A stretch of DNA of 64,000 nt from Scyliorhinus canicula (lineage: Eukaryota). The stretch spans positions 299,344,000 through 299,407,999 of the forward strand of contig NC_052146.1 in NCBI RefSeq assembly GCF_902713615.1, in the 5' to 3' direction. Within the stretch, counting starts at the first letter, position 1. Each line of letters starts with the position of its first letter. Both the position numbers and the translations under genes were made by a program. Below, piece by piece: positions 61,027 to 64,000 of this stretch. The notes below the pieces were generated by a model. It had not been told where the DNA came from and did no database searches. It saw only the letters and a program-made list of their open reading frames with translations.

Positions 61027-64000
61027 CGTGACCCTTTACCCACAGACAGTACAGTATGTGACCCTTTACCCCACAGACAGTACAGTCTATGACCCTTTAC
61101 CCACAACAGTACAGTCCGTGACCCTTTACCCACAGACAGTACAGTCTGTGACCCTTTACCCACAGACAGTACAGTCTGTGACCCTTTACCCACAGACAGT
61201 ACAGTATGTGACCCTTTACCCCACAGATAGTACAGTCTGTGACCCTTTACCCACAGACAGTACAGTCTGTGACCCTTTACCCCCACAGACAGTACAGTCT
61301 GTGACCCTTTACCCACAGACAGTACAGTCTGTGACCCTTTACCCCTCAGACAGTACAGTCCGTGACCCTTTACCCACGGACAGTACAGTCTGTGACCCTT
61401 TACCCCAGACAGTACAGTCTGTGACCCTTTACCCTAGACAGTACAGTATGTGACCCTTTACCCCACAGACAGTACAGTATGTGACCCTTTACCCACAGAC
61501 AGTACAGTCTGTGACCCTTCACCCCCACAGACAGTATAGTCCGTGACCCATTACCCCACAGACAGTACAGTCTGTGACCCTTTACCCCACAGACAGTACA
61601 GTCTATGACCCTTTACCCACAGACAGTACAGTCTGTGACCCTTTACCCCTCAGACAGTACAGTCCGTGACCCTTTGCCCACGGACAGTACAGTCTGTGAC
61701 CCTTTACCCCACAGACAGTACAGTCTGTGACCCTTTACCCACAGACAGTACAGTCTGTGACCCTTTACCCCCACAGACAGTACAGTCTGTGACCCTTTAC
61801 CCACAGACAGTACAGTCTGTGACCCTTTACCCCTCAGACAGTACAGTCCGTGACCCTTTACCCACGGACAGTAGAGTCTGTGACGTTTAACCCCAGACAG
61901 TACAGTATGTGACCCTTTACCCCACAGACAGTACAGTCTGTGACCCTTCACCCCCACAGACAGTATAGTCCGTGACCCATTACCCCACAGACAGTACAGT
62001 CTGTGACCCTTTACCCCACAGACAGTACAGTCCGTGACCCTTTATCCCACAGACAGTACAGTCTGTGATCCTTTACCCACAGACAGTACAGTCTGTGACC
62101 CTTTACCCCCACAGACAGTACAGTCTGTGACCCTTTACCCACAGACAGTACAGTCTGTGACCCTTTACCCCTCAGACAGTACAGTCCTGTGACCCTTTAC
62201 CCACAGGACAGTAGAGTCTGTGACCGTTTAACCCACAGACAGTACAGTCTGTGACCCTTTACCCCACAGACAGTACAGTCTGTGACCCTTCACCCCCACA
62301 GACAGTATAGTCCGTGACCCATTACCCCACAGACAGTACAGTCTGTGACCCTTTACCCCACAGACAGTACAGTCCGTGACCCTTTACCCCACAGACAGTA
62401 CAGTCCGTGACCCTTTACCCACAGACAGTACAGTCTGTGACCCTTTACCCACAGACAGTACAGTCTGTGACCCTTTACCCACAGACAGTACAGTCTGTGA
62501 CCCTTTACCCCAGACAGTACAGTCTGTGACCCTTTACCCCAGACAGTACAGTCTGTGACCCTTTACCCACAGACAGTACAGTCTGTGACCCTTTACCCAC
62601 AGACAGTACAGTCTGTGACCCTTTACCCCCACAGATAGTACAGTCTGTGACCCTTTACCCCACAGACAGTACAGTCTGTGACCCATTACCCCACAGACAG
62701 TACAGTCTGTGACCCTTTACCCACAGACAGTACAGTCTGTGACCCTTTACCCCACAGACAGTACAGTCTGTGACCCTTTACCCACAGACAGTACAGTCTG
62801 TGACCCTTTACCCACAGACAGTACAGTATGTGACCCTTTACCCCACAGACAGTACAGTCTGTGACCCTTTACCCACAGACAGTACAGTCTGTGACCCATT
62901 ACCCCACAGACAGTACAGTCTGTGACCCTTTACCCACAGACAGTACAGTCTGTGACCCTTTACCCCACAGACAGTACACTCTGTGACCCTTTACCCACAG
63001 ACAGTACAGTCTGTGACCCTTTACCCCACAGACAGTACAGTCTGTGACCCTTTACCCCACAGACAGTACAGTCTGTGACCCTTTACCCACAGACAGTACA
63101 GTCTGTGACCCTTTACCCACAGACAGTACAGTCTGTGACCCTTTACCCACAGACAGTACAGTCTGTGACCCTTTACCCCACAGACAGTACAGTCTGTGAC
63201 CCTTTACCCCACAGACAGTACAGTCTGTGACCCTTTACCCACGGACAGTACAGTCTGTGACCCTTTACCCCAGACAGTACAGTCTGTGACCCATTACCCC
63301 ACAGACAGTACAGTCTGTGACCCTTTACCCCACAGACAGTACAGTCTGTGACCCTTTACCCACAGACAGTACAGTCTGTGACCCATTACCCCACAGACAG
63401 TACAGTCTGTGACCCTTTACCCCCACAGACAGTACAGTCTGTGACCCTTTACCCCACAGACAGTACAGTCTGTGACCCTTTACCCCCACAGACAGTAGTC
63501 TGTGACCCTTTACCCACAGACAGTACACTCTGTGACCCTTTACCCACAGACAGTACAGTCTGTGACCCTTTACCCCCACAGACAGTACAGTCTGTGACCC
63601 TTTACCCACAGACAGTACAGTCTGTGACCCTTTACCCACAGACAGTACTGTCTGTGACCCTTTACCCACAGACAGTACAGTCTGTGACCCTTTACCCCAG
63701 ACAGTACAGTCTGTGACCCTTTACCCCACAGACAGTACAGTCTGTGACCCTTTACCCGCACAGACAGTACAGTCTGTGACCCTTTACCCACGGACAGTAC
63801 AGTCTGTGACCCTTTACCCACAGACAGTACAGTCTGTGACCCTTTACCCACAGACAGTACAGTCTGTGACCCTTTACCCACAGACAGTACAGTCTGTGAC
63901 CCTTTACCCCAGACAGTACAGTCTGTGACCCTTTACCCCACAGACAGTACAGTCTGTGACCCATTACCCCACAGACAGTACAGTCTGTGACCCATTACCC
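61027..64000. repeat. Tandem satellite/minisatellite, 30-32-bp unit (gtgaccctttaccc[c]acagacagtacagtct), >=3 kb, running off the window end
   Basis: About 95-100 consecutive units that vary mainly in C-run length. Confidence 0.97.

Noticed and set aside
61027-64000. CRISPR-like array or repetitive protein ORFs (VTLYPQTVQS / GKGSQTVLSV)
   Set aside because: The units are contiguous with no unique spacers, there are no cas genes, and the context is eukaryotic. The ORFs are translations of the satellite.

Overview
Repeat-rich vertebrate genomic DNA, almost certainly from a cartilaginous fish, judging by the HE1/V-SINE-type SINEs, the CR1/HER1-like LINEs and the other element types present. There are two host genes, both ENDOD1-like (secreted-type DNA/RNA non-specific betabetaalpha-metal endonucleases), arranged tail-to-tail about 36 kb apart. 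Each has two coding exons split by a phase-0 intron at the same position (...EPQ|). Gene A (+, 13195-13494 and 14163-16610, 915 aa) has an unusually long (~600 aa) multi-hydrophobic C-terminal tail encoded in one exon. Gene B (-, 59557-59249 and 53946-52855, 466 aa) has an acidic linker and a shorter amphipathic tail. Both keep an RGH...N-x7-E catalytic set. Everything else is mobile DNA: L1-clade LINEs (one with a nearly complete ORF2), CR1, Rex1/Babar and RTE fragments, Penelope-like remnants carrying minimal hammerhead-ribozyme motifs, a Gypsy remnant, a solo LTR, GC-rich TIR elements, and dozens of tRNA-derived SINEs that combine heads and tails in a modular way. There is also a 384-bp SINE-bounded tandem duplication, a 315-N gap, and a terminal ~3-kb satellite of 30-32 bp units, each containing a near-perfect 20-bp palindrome between G-tracts. 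Family assignments come from motif recognition only; no database search was run.
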